Shown here: piece after piece, positions 29,432-38,697 of the stretch
Position numbering within the stretch: the first letter of the stretch is position 1
How the letters are laid out: each line of letters starts with the position of its first letter
Assembly (NCBI GenBank): GCA_964593475.1
Contig: CAZQJI010000001.1
Coordinates: 3,168 to 67,167 of the forward strand
Length of the DNA stretch: 64,000 nucleotides
Direction: 5' to 3'
Source: an uncultured Bacteroidota bacterium
GTDB taxonomy: Bacteria > Bacteroidota > Ignavibacteria > Kryptoniales > Kryptoniaceae
Notes under the pieces: model-generated
What the model was told of the DNA's origin: nothing
Seen by the model: the letters and a program-made list of their open reading frames with translations, nothing else
The model's database searches: none
Made by a program: the position numbers and the translations under genes

Positions 29432-29524
29432 CGCAGCCTGGTAGCGTCCCTAAGGGAGTCCTTAGGACCACTACCTTGGGGTGGTAGGGGTCGCGGGTTC
29501 AAATCCCGCCGTCCCGACTAAAAA
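29415..29524 (+). repeat. 110-bp direct repeat, copy 2
   Basis: Identical to 29054..29163. Confidence 0.95.
29422..29517 (+). tRNA. tRNA-Pro(GGG) copy 2 with the same 22-nt insertion (29447-29468)
   Basis: Sequence identical to copy 1; first 10 nt overlap the end of the GIY-YIG ORF. Confidence 0.9.
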
Positions 29525-29618
29525 TTTAAGATACATAATTTGATTTGAAATTATTGAACCTTCCTTTTAAAAGCACCTCTTGAAAAATCGGGGTAAGACA
29601 AAGTCAGGAATTAAAGCC

Positions 29619-30536
29619 ATGAACATAGTTATCGGCTCGCTTAAAAATATCTTTGATGATGCTTTAATTGCTGCTTCAACTGATGAGCCAGTTTTGATAC
29701 TTGGTGAAACTGGAACCGGAAAAGAGGTCCTCGCCCGATATATACATCAAAATTCAAGCCGAAAAGATAAAATTTTCATACCTATTAACTGTGCTGCTAT
29801 TCCGCCAAATCTTCTTGAAAGCGAACTTTTTGGATATAAAAAAGGTGCATTTACCGGGGCAGACAAAGATAAAAAGGGAATTCTTGAAGAGGCAAATGGT
29901 GGAACTGTTTTTCTTGATGAAATCGGGGAACTTCCGATTGAATCACAGGTTAAAATTTTAAGAGCGATTGAAGAAAAAGAAATTATTTCAGTTGGAGATA
30001 CAAAACCGAAACAAATTGATGTTCGCTTCATCGCATCAACAAATGTTGATTTAAAGTCAAAAGTTGAAAGAGGTGAATTCAGGAAAGATCTTTATTATCG
30101 TCTTTCAGTTTTTGTGTATAAACTTCCGCCACTTCGTGATAGAATTTACGATCTCCCGGAATTTGTTAAGTATTTCATTCAATCTTCGGGTAAAAATGTT
30201 AAAATTGATTCAGCAGTTATGGAACTTTTCTTTTGTTACCCATGGCCCGGGAATATAAGAGAATTGAGAAGCGTTCTTGTCTATGCTCTTGCAAAGTCAA
30301 ATGGTGAAAAAATCATGGTTGAACATCTTCCGGATTATCTGGTTCATTTTTGCAGGCATCCGGAGATTTTGAGGGGGAATGATGCGCGTAAAAAGCTTGA
30401 ATGTTTTGAGGCGTATTTAATAGCTGAAACTTTGAACGAACATCCTGAACCAAAAGAAGCAGCTCGTTTTCTCGGCATAAGTTTGCGGACATTTTACCGC
30501 AAGTTGAAAAAGTATAAAATCCTTCCGAAGAAATAA
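29619..30536 (+). CDS. sigma54-dependent activator (AAA+ plus Fis-type HTH) lacking an N-terminal sensory domain
   Basis: GETGTGKE Walker A, ESELFG..KGAFTGA, FLDEIG, WPGNIREL, C-terminal HTH; ATG 29619 preceded by CAGGAA (ORF track extends to TTG 29580). Confidence 0.92.
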   Translation: MNIVIGSLKNIFDDALIAASTDEPVLILGETGTGKEVLARYIHQNSSRKDKIFIPINCAAIPPNLLESELFGYKKGAFTGADKDKKGILEEANGGTVFLDEIGELPIESQVKILRAIEEKEIISVGDTKPKQIDVRFIASTNVDLKSKVERGEFRKDLYYRLSVFVYKLPPLRDRIYDLPEFVKYFIQSSGKNVKIDSAVMELFFCYPWPGNIRELRSVLVYALAKSNGEKIMVEHLPDYLVHFCRHPEILRGNDARKKLECFEAYLIAETLNEHPEPKEAARFLGISLRTFYRKLKKYKILPKK

Positions 30537-30544
30537 CCCTCTTC

Positions 30545-30591
30545 TGTCAAATCTGGCATAGTTTATCCCAAAAGGTTTGTCAGTTGTGGCA
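30545..30591. promoter_or_regulatory. Two tandem TGTCA-N4-TGGCA pseudo-palindromes (putative upstream activator sequences)
   Basis: TGTCAaatcTGGCA at 30545-30558 and TGTCAgttgTGGCA at 30578-30591, 33 bp apart. Confidence 0.6.
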
Positions 30592-30633
30592 AATCTATGA
30601 TTTAATATCTGCATATTTTGTTGATTTTTTTGC

Positions 30634-30648
30634 TGGCACGGTTGTTGA
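30634..30648 (+). promoter_or_regulatory. sigma54 (-24/-12) promoter of the coo/hydrogenase operon
   Basis: TGGCACG-GTTG-TTGA versus consensus TGGCACG-N4-TTGC (one deviation at -12); directly downstream of a sigma54 activator gene. Confidence 0.7.
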
Positions 30649-30691
30649 AAATTTTTTTGTTAGATAAAAACTTAAGTCAGGAGTTAAAAAG

Positions 30692-31216
30692 ATGAAAAAA
30701 GTTTTCATTGACCCGTCAAGATGCACCGGTTGTAAAAGTTGCGAAGTTGCCTGTGCGGTTGAACATTCCGTTTCAAAAGACATTTACAAGGCGATTTTTG
30801 AAAAACCATCCCCGCCGAAATTTAACACTGTTTTAAAGTTTGATGGTTTTATCGCTTCTTTAAGATGTGCTCATTGTGAAGATGCCCCTTGTGTTGCGAT
30901 TTGCCCGACCTCCGCAATTTACAGGGATGCTGAGACAAACCTCGTGGTTTACAATGATTTAAAGTGTATAGGTTGCTGGCAATGTGCTGTAGCTTGTCCG
31001 TTTGGCGCAATTTATCCTGATTTAACGAAAAAAGTTTCAAGAAAGTGTGATGGGTGTAATGAAAGAGTTAAAGCAGGTAAGATCCCAGCATGTGTTGAGG
31101 CTTGTCCGACAAACGCCTTGATATATACTGATGTTGAAACGCTTGAGCAGTTTAAACGTGAATCAACAATTGCATCTTTCTCAAAATCAACAAAAACTTA
31201 CATGGAGGTAGTTTAA
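30692..31216 (+). CDS. cooF: CooF-like 4x[4Fe-4S] ferredoxin subunit
   Basis: CTGCKSCEVAC, CAHCEDAPCVAICP, CIGCWQCAVACP, KCDGC...PACVEACP; directly upstream of cooS. Confidence 0.9.
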   Translation: MKKVFIDPSRCTGCKSCEVACAVEHSVSKDIYKAIFEKPSPPKFNTVLKFDGFIASLRCAHCEDAPCVAICPTSAIYRDAETNLVVYNDLKCIGCWQCAVACPFGAIYPDLTKKVSRKCDGCNERVKAGKIPACVEACPTNALIYTDVETLEQFKRESTIASFSKSTKTYMEVV

Positions 31217-31217
31217 A

Positions 31218-33188
31218 ATGGCAGACATTTTAAAAGACAAAGAAAGGGTTTGGGATGATAAGACAAATAATTTTGGTCTTTTGCCACAATCAAATGTGGA
31301 ACTTTTGAAAAAGGAATTTAAAGAAGTCAAAACGACTTCTTTACAGAGATTGGCTTTGCAGGAACCACAATGTGGATTCGGGGAACTTGGAGTTTGTTGC
31401 AGAATGTGTTATATGGGACCTTGTAGAATTGATGTTTTTGATGGGGGTCCGAAAGTTGGGGTTTGTGGTGCCACTGCTGATACAATAGTTGCACGAAATC
31501 TTTTAAGAGAAACAGTTGGTGGTGCAGCTTCGCATACTGAACATGCAATGGATATTGCAGAAGTTTTGAAAGAGGTTGCAGAAGGGAAAATTTCAACCTA
31601 TATGATTAAAGATGAAGCAAAACTTCGCAAAGTAGCTGAAAATCTCGGAATTAAAACGGATGGAAAAGATATAAAGGAAATTGCAAAGGAAGTTGCTGAA
31701 ATTTCACTTGAAGATTTTAAACGGCTTGAGAAAGAACCAGCGGTATGGATCAAAGCATATACTCCAAAATCAAGTTATGAACAGTTGGAGAAACTCGGGG
31801 TTATACCGCATAATGTTTGGCGTCCGATAATGAATGCGATGCACAGAACAAGCATGGGTAATGACGCTGACCCCGTAAATATAATGCTTGCGGACTTGCA
31901 AATGGGCTTAATTGATGGGCTTGGTTTAACGATGGCAACTGAACTTTCAGATGTTCTGTTCGGAACACCAAAACCGATAAGAAGCTGGGCAAATCTTGCG
32001 GTCATCAAAGAAGACCATGTAAACATCGCTGTCCACGGGCATAACCCGCTTCTTTCGGAGAAAATAGTTGAATGGGCTGAAAAATTAAATGATAAAGCAA
32101 AATCTCTCGGAGCAAAAGGGATAAATATAGTTGGGGTTTGTTGCACTGGAAACGAGGTTTTAATGCGTCATGGTGTCCCATTAGCTGCGAATGAGTTTCA
32201 GGCGGAACTTGCAATTGTGACCGGAGCGCTTGAAGCAATGGTTGTTGATTATCAATGTATCTGGCCGATTTTGAGTGATGTCGCATCTTGTTATCACACA
32301 AAACTTATCACAACAATGCCTTTTGTTAAAATTCCGGGAGCAACACACATTGAGTATTCACCTGAGAAAGCAGATGAGGTCGCAAAGCAAGTAATTGAGA
32401 TAGCGCTTGAGGCATATAAGCAAAGGGAGCCGAGTCGGGTTCACATCCCGGATTCAATGGAGGAGATAATCGCCGGGTTTTCAGTTGAGGCATTGATTGA
32501 GGTTTTAAGCAAATTAAGCCCGGAGGACCCTCTTAAACCGTTGATTGATAATATCGTAAATGGAAATATTTTTGGTGTCGTTGCAATTGTCGGATGCCCA
32601 AATCCAAAAACAAGACGCCTTGCGTTTACTGAGAGGATGATAAAGGGCTTGATAAAGAATAATGTCCTTGTTATCGTAACTGGTTGCATCGCACACATTG
32701 CGGGGCAATCGGGATTTTTAAATCCAAATAGGGTTGACTCTTTTGAAGTCGGAGATGGTTTAAAACAGGTTTTGAAGGCGCTTGGAAATGCAGCAGGTAT
32801 TAACAGTTTGCCTGTTGCCATCCATATGGGCTCATGTGTTGATAATTCAAGAATCGGTGTTCTTTTGAAAGCGTTATCAGAAAAACTTGGTTTAAAAGTA
32901 TCTGATTTACCTGTTGTTGCATCAGCGCCGGAGTTAATTTCCGAGAAAGCAATTTCAATTGGGACTTGGGCTTTAGCTCTTGGTGTAACAGTTCATGTTT
33001 GCCCGCCTCCGAGAATCCTCGGCGGTCCGAAAGTAAGGGAAATTCTCACAAAGGATTTGAAGACATTGACAGGTGGAGAAGCTTATGTTGAGTGTGATCC
33101 TGAGCTTGCTATTAAAGGGATACTTGATAGAATAAAGCAAAAAAGAATCGCTTTGAACTTGCCAGTTCCTGAGGCAGTTCAAATTTGA
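31218..33188 (+). CDS. cooS: Anaerobic Ni,Fe carbon monoxide dehydrogenase catalytic subunit
   Basis: D/B-cluster QCGFG..GVCCRMCYMGPC..VCGA; catalytic SH..H; C-cluster ligands VHGHNP, VCCTGNE, DYQC, VGCPN, TGC, GSCVDN; SEKA lysine. Confidence 0.97.
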   Translation: MADILKDKERVWDDKTNNFGLLPQSNVELLKKEFKEVKTTSLQRLALQEPQCGFGELGVCCRMCYMGPCRIDVFDGGPKVGVCGATADTIVARNLLRETVGGAASHTEHAMDIAEVLKEVAEGKISTYMIKDEAKLRKVAENLGIKTDGKDIKEIAKEVAEISLEDFKRLEKEPAVWIKAYTPKSSYEQLEKLGVIPHNVWRPIMNAMHRTSMGNDADPVNIMLADLQMGLIDGLGLTMATELSDVLFGTPKPIRSWANLAVIKEDHVNIAVHGHNPLLSEKIVEWAEKLNDKAKSLGAKGINIVGVCCTGNEVLMRHGVPLAANEFQAELAIVTGALEAMVVDYQCIWPILSDVASCYHTKLITTMPFVKIPGATHIEYSPEKADEVAKQVIEIALEAYKQREPSRVHIPDSMEEIIAGFSVEALIEVLSKLSPEDPLKPLIDNIVNGNIFGVVAIVGCPNPKTRRLAFTERMIKGLIKNNVLVIVTGCIAHIAGQSGFLNPNRVDSFEVGDGLKQVLKALGNAAGINSLPVAIHMGSCVDNSRIGVLLKALSEKLGLKVSDLPVVASAPELISEKAISIGTWALALGVTVHVCPPPRILGGPKVREILTKDLKTLTGGEAYVECDPELAIKGILDRIKQKRIALNLPVPEAVQI

Positions 33189-34099
33189 TAAATAAAAAAC
33201 ATGTGAAGATGCCATTTACAACTGCAAGTGAGAAGGAAAGAGATAAAATAATAGAGCAAATTCTCTCTGAAGTTCCAAATGTTGATAAAAAAATTGAAGA
33301 GGGTAAGCGAATAATTATCACTGGTAAAGGTGGGGTTGGTAAAACCGTTATCTCATCTGTGCTTGCATATCTTTTTTCAGAAGCTGGTTTTAATGTGCTT
33401 GCCGTTGATGAAGATCCACAAATGAACCTTCCGTTCGCTCTTGGTATACCAATTGATAAAGCCAATGAGATTATACCTTTGAATAAACAGCTTGATTATA
33501 TTGAAGAAAAAACAGGAGCAAGACCTGGAGCTGGTTGGGGACTGTTTTTCCGGTTAAATCCAGATGTGAGCGATGTGGTTGAAAGATTCGGAATAAAGAT
33601 CAACGAAAGATTAAATCTTCTTGTCATGGGAACAGTCACCCAACCGGCTGTTGGTTGTGCTTGTCCTGAAAATGATTTACTTCAAGCGGTTGTGAATTAT
33701 ATAAATCTTCGCAAAAATGAAGTCATAATAATGGATACGGAAGCCGGGCTTGAACATTTCGGCAGAGCAATTGCAAAAGGATTTCATCACGCAATTATTG
33801 TTTCTGAACCAACCTTTAATTCAATTTATGTTATGAATCAGGCGGTTAAACTTGCACAGGGTCTTGGAATCCCGAAAATTCATATAATTTTCAACAAGGT
33901 CAGAAATGAAAGAGAAAGAATTAGAAAGTTGCTATCCCAGCTTGACAACCAAATTTCAAATTATTCTATTCACTTCTTGCCTTATGACGAGAACATTTAT
34001 GATTTTGAGCCGTATGTTATTCCTGCTCTTGAAAACTCAAATTCAGAATTTTTAAAAGCTATGATTGAATTTTTTAAAAATTTAGTCAAGGATTTGTGA
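33185..34099 (+). CDS. cooC: CO dehydrogenase nickel-insertion ATPase
   Basis: TGKGGVGKT, VDEDP..NL, GCACP, DTEAGLEHFGR; start may be ATG 33209. Confidence 0.92.
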   Translation: MINKKHVKMPFTTASEKERDKIIEQILSEVPNVDKKIEEGKRIIITGKGGVGKTVISSVLAYLFSEAGFNVLAVDEDPQMNLPFALGIPIDKANEIIPLNKQLDYIEEKTGARPGAGWGLFFRLNPDVSDVVERFGIKINERLNLLVMGTVTQPAVGCACPENDLLQAVVNYINLRKNEVIIMDTEAGLEHFGRAIAKGFHHAIIVSEPTFNSIYVMNQAVKLAQGLGIPKIHIIFNKVRNERERIRKLLSQLDNQISNYSIHFLPYDENIYDFEPYVIPALENSNSEFLKAMIEFFKNLVKDL

Positions 34100-35349
34100 T
34101 GCAGATTGTGATAATTGGAAATAGCATTGGCGCTATATCAGCAATTAAAGAGATAAGAAAGTGGGATTGGCAAAGTTCTATAACTGTAATATCAAAAGAG
34201 GTACTTGACCAAGAAACTCCTTATTATTCCCCGGTGGTTTTGCCCTACTATATTGAGGGTGTTCTTTCAAAGGAAAATTTATTCTCAATTCGTTATGAAT
34301 TTTACAAATCAATGAATGTTGATTTAAAACTTGGCGAGAAAGTTATCGCAGTTTCTCCAGATGAGAAAATTGTTGTAACGGAGAGGAATAGATACAGATA
34401 CGATAAACTTTTAATTGCGAGCGGGGCATCACCAAGAATTCTTGACATTCCCGGGGCGAGGAATAAAGGGGTTTATGTTTTGAGGACATATGAGGATGCG
34501 GAGAAAATAAAAAGCGATGAATCAAAAGAGGTTGTTATAATTGGGGCTGGTCCTGTCGGAATTGAGTCAGCGATAGCACTTTTAAAAAGCAAAAAAAAGA
34601 TAACGATAATTGAAGTTGCACCTTATATATTAAGCACAGTTTTCAGCCGGACAATATCTGAAATGATTGAATCTCAACTTGCTGAAAAAGGAATTGAAAT
34701 TTTGAAGAATGAAGAACCGATTGAAATAAAAGGAAATCCCGTTAAGTCAGTTAAAACGAACAAAAGAAATATAAAATGTTCATCGGTGATAATGGGTGTT
34801 GGGGTTGTGCCGAATACAGATTTTGTCAAGGAGGTTTTGAATCTTGGTCCAAGAGAAGGGATTATCGTTAATGAAAAAATGCAAACTTCTGAACCTGATA
34901 TTTACGCTTGTGGCGATTGCATTGAGTTAAGAAGCGCAGTTGATGATTCAATGAGACCATTCCCGGTTTGGCCAAATGCTCAGGAAACCGGAAAAGTCGC
35001 AGGAGCCAATATAGTTGGACAAGAAATGATTTATGACGGTGGGATAAGGGTTAACGCTTTAAATGTTTTTGAAAAGGTCTATTTCTCAATTGGAAATGTT
35101 TATGATGAAAGCAAATTAGGGAAAGTGATAGAAAGAGATGATGGTGTTATGGAACTTTACTATTTTGATAATAGGAGATTGATTGGAGCGGAGTTAGCTG
35201 GTGATGTTAAAAACGCTGGTATTTTAAAGTATCTCATCAGAAAAAGAATTCAAATTGATTTAGATAGATTTAAAGGTTTAGATGAACTTGCCCACTTTAC
35301 AGCACCTCTTGTAGTCCCACATAAAGCTCATGAGTCAATTCATTTATGA
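34096..35349 (+). CDS. FAD-dependent NAD(P)H oxidoreductase (FNOR / rubredoxin-reductase-like)
   Basis: IVIIGNS.G, YDKLLIASG, VVIIGAGPVGIE, TSEPDIYACGD, WPNA..TGK.AG.N. Confidence 0.9.
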   Translation: MMQIVIIGNSIGAISAIKEIRKWDWQSSITVISKEVLDQETPYYSPVVLPYYIEGVLSKENLFSIRYEFYKSMNVDLKLGEKVIAVSPDEKIVVTERNRYRYDKLLIASGASPRILDIPGARNKGVYVLRTYEDAEKIKSDESKEVVIIGAGPVGIESAIALLKSKKKITIIEVAPYILSTVFSRTISEMIESQLAEKGIEILKNEEPIEIKGNPVKSVKTNKRNIKCSSVIMGVGVVPNTDFVKEVLNLGPREGIIVNEKMQTSEPDIYACGDCIELRSAVDDSMRPFPVWPNAQETGKVAGANIVGQEMIYDGGIRVNALNVFEKVYFSIGNVYDESKLGKVIERDDGVMELYYFDNRRLIGAELAGDVKNAGILKYLIRKRIQIDLDRFKGLDELAHFTAPLVVPHKAHESIHL

Positions 35350-35816
35350 ATTCCAAAGTACGGCTTTTTGAAAAAGTTGAGACAAAAGATTTCACCGAGT
35401 GTGATATTGAAGTTGTGTTGAAAATTCAAGAAGTGTTAAAAAAGAAAGGAAGTTATGGTTTTGTCTGTGAGAAAATGTTCATTGATCTTCTGCAAGAAAT
35501 CAAAACATCTGGAACTTTGTTCGGGCGAATTGCTTATCTTGGCGATGAACCTGTTGGTTTCATTTTCGGAGATACGCAACCGAAGTGGTATCAGGTACCT
35601 GAATGTGCCTGGCTGATTGCTATTGTGGTTCATCCAGACTACAGGCGTCAGGGAATTGGGAGACGCCTTCTTGTTGAGTTCCTTGATAAAGTAAGGGAAC
35701 TTGGTTTGAAAAAGATTTGCACTGTTATTGAGTTTACAGATGAGACGACGCTTGAATTTTTGAAGAAGATGGGATTTAAGCGTGGTAGATTTGTTCATCT
35801 TGAAAAACAAATTTAA
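35346..35816 (+). CDS. GNAT family N-acetyltransferase
   Basis: VVHPDYRRQGIGRRLL acetyl-CoA-binding motif; F.KKMGF. Confidence 0.88.
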   Translation: MNSKVRLFEKVETKDFTECDIEVVLKIQEVLKKKGSYGFVCEKMFIDLLQEIKTSGTLFGRIAYLGDEPVGFIFGDTQPKWYQVPECAWLIAIVVHPDYRRQGIGRRLLVEFLDKVRELGLKKICTVIEFTDETTLEFLKKMGFKRGRFVHLEKQI

Positions 35817-35837
35817 AAATAACAGGAGGTTTAAATT

Positions 35838-36935
35838 ATGCAGCTTCAGGAAACATTTTATGAAGAAATGAGAAGAAAAGGGATTTCAAGGAGAGATTTT
35901 TTAAGATTTTGTCTTTTGACGACAGCGTATCTTGGGCTTGAAAGCACGATGTTTTCAAAGGTTGTTCGTGCTCTTGAATCAAAACCACGCCCGCCGATTT
36001 ATTGGCTTAACTTCGCAGCGTGCACCTGTTGCACAGAATCATTGATAAGGTCATCTCATCCGTTAATTTCAGATGTGATTTTGAGTATGATTTCACTTGA
36101 TTATATGGAAACAATTCAAGTTGCAGCCGGACATCAGGCTGAGGAAATTGTCTGGGAGGGGATGAAGAAAAACTTTGGAAATTATATCCTTGCGGTTGAA
36201 GGTTCAGTTCCTACTAAAGATGATGGAATCTATTGCACAGTTGGAGGGATGACAGCGCTTGAATACATAAAGAAGGCATCTCGCGGGGCAAAAGCAATTA
36301 TTTCAGTTGGTTCCTGTTCTTCTTTTGGTTGTGTTACAACAGCTCATCCCAATCCGACAGGATGTAAGCCGATTTATAAAATTATCACTGATAAACCCGT
36401 CGTCAATATCCCGGGCTGTCCACCAATAGCAGAGGTTATAGTTGGGACGATCGTTCATATCATAACTTTTGATTCTTTACCGGAGCTTGATGCTTTGAAG
36501 AGACCCAAAGTTTTCTACGGGCAGAGGATACATGATAAGTGTTACAGGCGTGCGTTTTTTGACGCAGGTATGTTTGTTGAAAAATTTGATGATGAAGGGG
36601 CAAGGAAAGGATGGTGTCTGTATAAAGTTGGTTGCAGAGGTCCGGTTACATATAATGCTTGTTCAGTTGTGAAGTGGAATGAGGGGACAAGTTTCCCTAT
36701 ACAATCGGGGCATCCATGTCTTGGATGTTCAGAGCCGGATTACTGGGACAATAGACCACTTTATCAGCATGTTGCTGATGTTCCGTTGCCGGGATTTGCA
36801 ACAGCTGATGAAATCGGGAAAGGATTTGCGATAGGAGTTGCAGTTGCAACAGGAGCTCATCTTGTTGCATCAATTGTTAAGAAGGCAACACAAAAAGCGA
36901 AAGAGGAAAAGAAAGAACAACAAAAGGAGGAATGA
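35838..36935 (+). CDS. hyaA: [NiFe] hydrogenase small subunit, group 1d (O2-tolerant signature)
   Basis: Tat SRRDFL; proximal CTCCTES and GSCSSFGCV carry the two supernumerary Cys; SFPIQSGH proline; C-terminal TM anchor. Confidence 0.93.
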   Translation: MQLQETFYEEMRRKGISRRDFLRFCLLTTAYLGLESTMFSKVVRALESKPRPPIYWLNFAACTCCTESLIRSSHPLISDVILSMISLDYMETIQVAAGHQAEEIVWEGMKKNFGNYILAVEGSVPTKDDGIYCTVGGMTALEYIKKASRGAKAIISVGSCSSFGCVTTAHPNPTGCKPIYKIITDKPVVNIPGCPPIAEVIVGTIVHIITFDSLPELDALKRPKVFYGQRIHDKCYRRAFFDAGMFVEKFDDEGARKGWCLYKVGCRGPVTYNACSVVKWNEGTSFPIQSGHPCLGCSEPDYWDNRPLYQHVADVPLPGFATADEIGKGFAIGVAVATGAHLVASIVKKATQKAKEEKKEQQKEE

Positions 36936-36938
36936 AAA

Positions 36939-38675
36939 ATGGCGCAAAAAGTTGTCATAGACCCAATGACCCGAATTGAGGGTCACCTCAGAGTTCAAGC
37001 AATAGTTGATGGTAATGTTGTAAAAGATGCATCTTGCACAAGCGCTCTTTTCAGGGGAATTGAGATAATTTTGCGTGATAGGGACCCGCGCGAGGCATGG
37101 GCGCTTGCAGAAAGAATTTGTGGTGTTTGCACTCTCGTTCATGCGGTTACATCTGTGAGAGCAGTTGAAGATGCCTTGAAAATTAAAATCCCAAAGAATG
37201 CAAACATCATAAGAAACATAATGATTGCAACTCTCTTTGTCCACGACCATGTTGTCCATTTCTATCATCTCCACGCACTTGATTGGGTTGATGTTGTCTC
37301 AGCGTTGAAAGCTGACCCGAAGGCAACATCTGAGCTTGCGCAGAAAATTTCAAATTGGTCTAAATCATCGGTTGGATATTTTACAGACATACAAAATCGT
37401 TTGAAGAAATTCGTTGAGTCAGGGCAACTTGGAATTTTTGCAAATGCATATTGGGGTCATCCCGGATATAAACTTCCACCAGAAGCGAATTTATTAGCAG
37501 TTGCTCATTATATTGAAGCTTTGAACTGGCAGAAAGAAATTGTTAAGATTCACGCGATATTCGGAGGGAAAAACCCTCATCCAAATCTTTTGGTTGGTGG
37601 GATGCCTTGTGCAATTAATCTAAATCATCCGGATGCAATCAATGTTGATAAGCTTGCCCTTGTTAAATCAAAGATAGAGGAAGCTGAACAAATCGTTGAG
37701 CAACTTTATTGGCCTGATCTCATTGCGATAATGTCATTTTACAAAGAGTGGGCAAAGTGGGGCGGTGGCGTAAGTAAGAAAGGCGTCCTTGATTACGGCG
37801 AGTTTCCAGAAGACACGGGTGATGTGAAAACAATTTTGAGAACGAATAGATGGAAGGGTGGTGCTGTGCTTGATGGGAATTTAAATGAAGTCCACGAGGT
37901 TGACCCGACAGATCCGGAGCAAATTCAAGAATATGTTGCTTATTCATGGTTTGAATATTCAAAAGGAGACAAAATTGGATTTCACCCGTGGGATGGTGAA
38001 ACAAATCCAAAATATACAGGACCAACACCACCGTGGGAATTTCTTGACATGGATAAAAAATACTCCTGGATGAAAGCACCGCGCTGGCGCGGAAGACCTA
38101 TGGAAGGTGGACCGCTTGCCAGAACGATTATAGCTCTTGCCCATAAAGATGATGAGGTTAAATCTTATGTTGATGAAGCCCTGAAGAAACTCGGTCTGCC
38201 TTTTGATGCAATGTATTCAACGCTTGGAAGAACAATCGCAAGAGGAATTGAAACACGAAGATCCATCACAATGCTTAAAAAATTGTATGATGAATTAATC
38301 ACAAACATAAAAGCTGGTGATTATCAGACGGCGAATATGGAGAAATGGAATCCTGAAAAATGGGGCGAAGGTGAATTAAAAGGCGTCGGGACTTACGCAG
38401 CACCTCGTGGTGCCCTTGCGCATTGGGTTAAAATTAAAGATGGAAAAATTACAAACTATCAGGCGGTTGTCGCGACGACCTGGAATGGTTCGCCAAGAGA
38501 TGCGTTTGGACAGCGTGGTCCTATGGAAGAATCGTTAATTGGAGTCCCGATTCACGATCCTCACAAGCCACTTGAGATTTTGAGAGTGATTCACTCATTT
38601 GACCCATGCCTTGCTTGTTCAACTCACATTCTTGATGTCAATGGAAATGAGATAACAAAAATTGAAATTTTATAA
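36939..38675 (+). CDS. hyaB: [NiFe] hydrogenase large subunit, group 1d
   Basis: DP.TRIEGH, L1 ERICGVC, HFYHLHALDW, KNPHPN, L2 SFDPCLACSTH plus 15-aa cleavable tail. Confidence 0.95.
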   Translation: MAQKVVIDPMTRIEGHLRVQAIVDGNVVKDASCTSALFRGIEIILRDRDPREAWALAERICGVCTLVHAVTSVRAVEDALKIKIPKNANIIRNIMIATLFVHDHVVHFYHLHALDWVDVVSALKADPKATSELAQKISNWSKSSVGYFTDIQNRLKKFVESGQLGIFANAYWGHPGYKLPPEANLLAVAHYIEALNWQKEIVKIHAIFGGKNPHPNLLVGGMPCAINLNHPDAINVDKLALVKSKIEEAEQIVEQLYWPDLIAIMSFYKEWAKWGGGVSKKGVLDYGEFPEDTGDVKTILRTNRWKGGAVLDGNLNEVHEVDPTDPEQIQEYVAYSWFEYSKGDKIGFHPWDGETNPKYTGPTPPWEFLDMDKKYSWMKAPRWRGRPMEGGPLARTIIALAHKDDEVKSYVDEALKKLGLPFDAMYSTLGRTIARGIETRRSITMLKKLYDELITNIKAGDYQTANMEKWNPEKWGEGELKGVGTYAAPRGALAHWVKIKDGKITNYQAVVATTWNGSPRDAFGQRGPMEESLIGVPIHDPHKPLEILRVIHSFDPCLACSTHILDVNGNEITKIEIL

Positions 38676-38697
38676 AAACAAAATTAAGGTGTGAAAT

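Noticed and set aside
29054..29524. CRISPR array or classical attL/attR prophage boundary
   Set aside because: Only two 110-bp units containing whole tRNAs, a 251-bp coding spacer, and no cas or integrase gene
36939..38675. [NiFeSe] or H2-evolving group 4 hydrogenase
   Set aside because: L2 motif is DPCLAC with no in-frame TGA; Tat small subunit and cytochrome b indicate a group 1 uptake enzyme; no antiporter-like subunits
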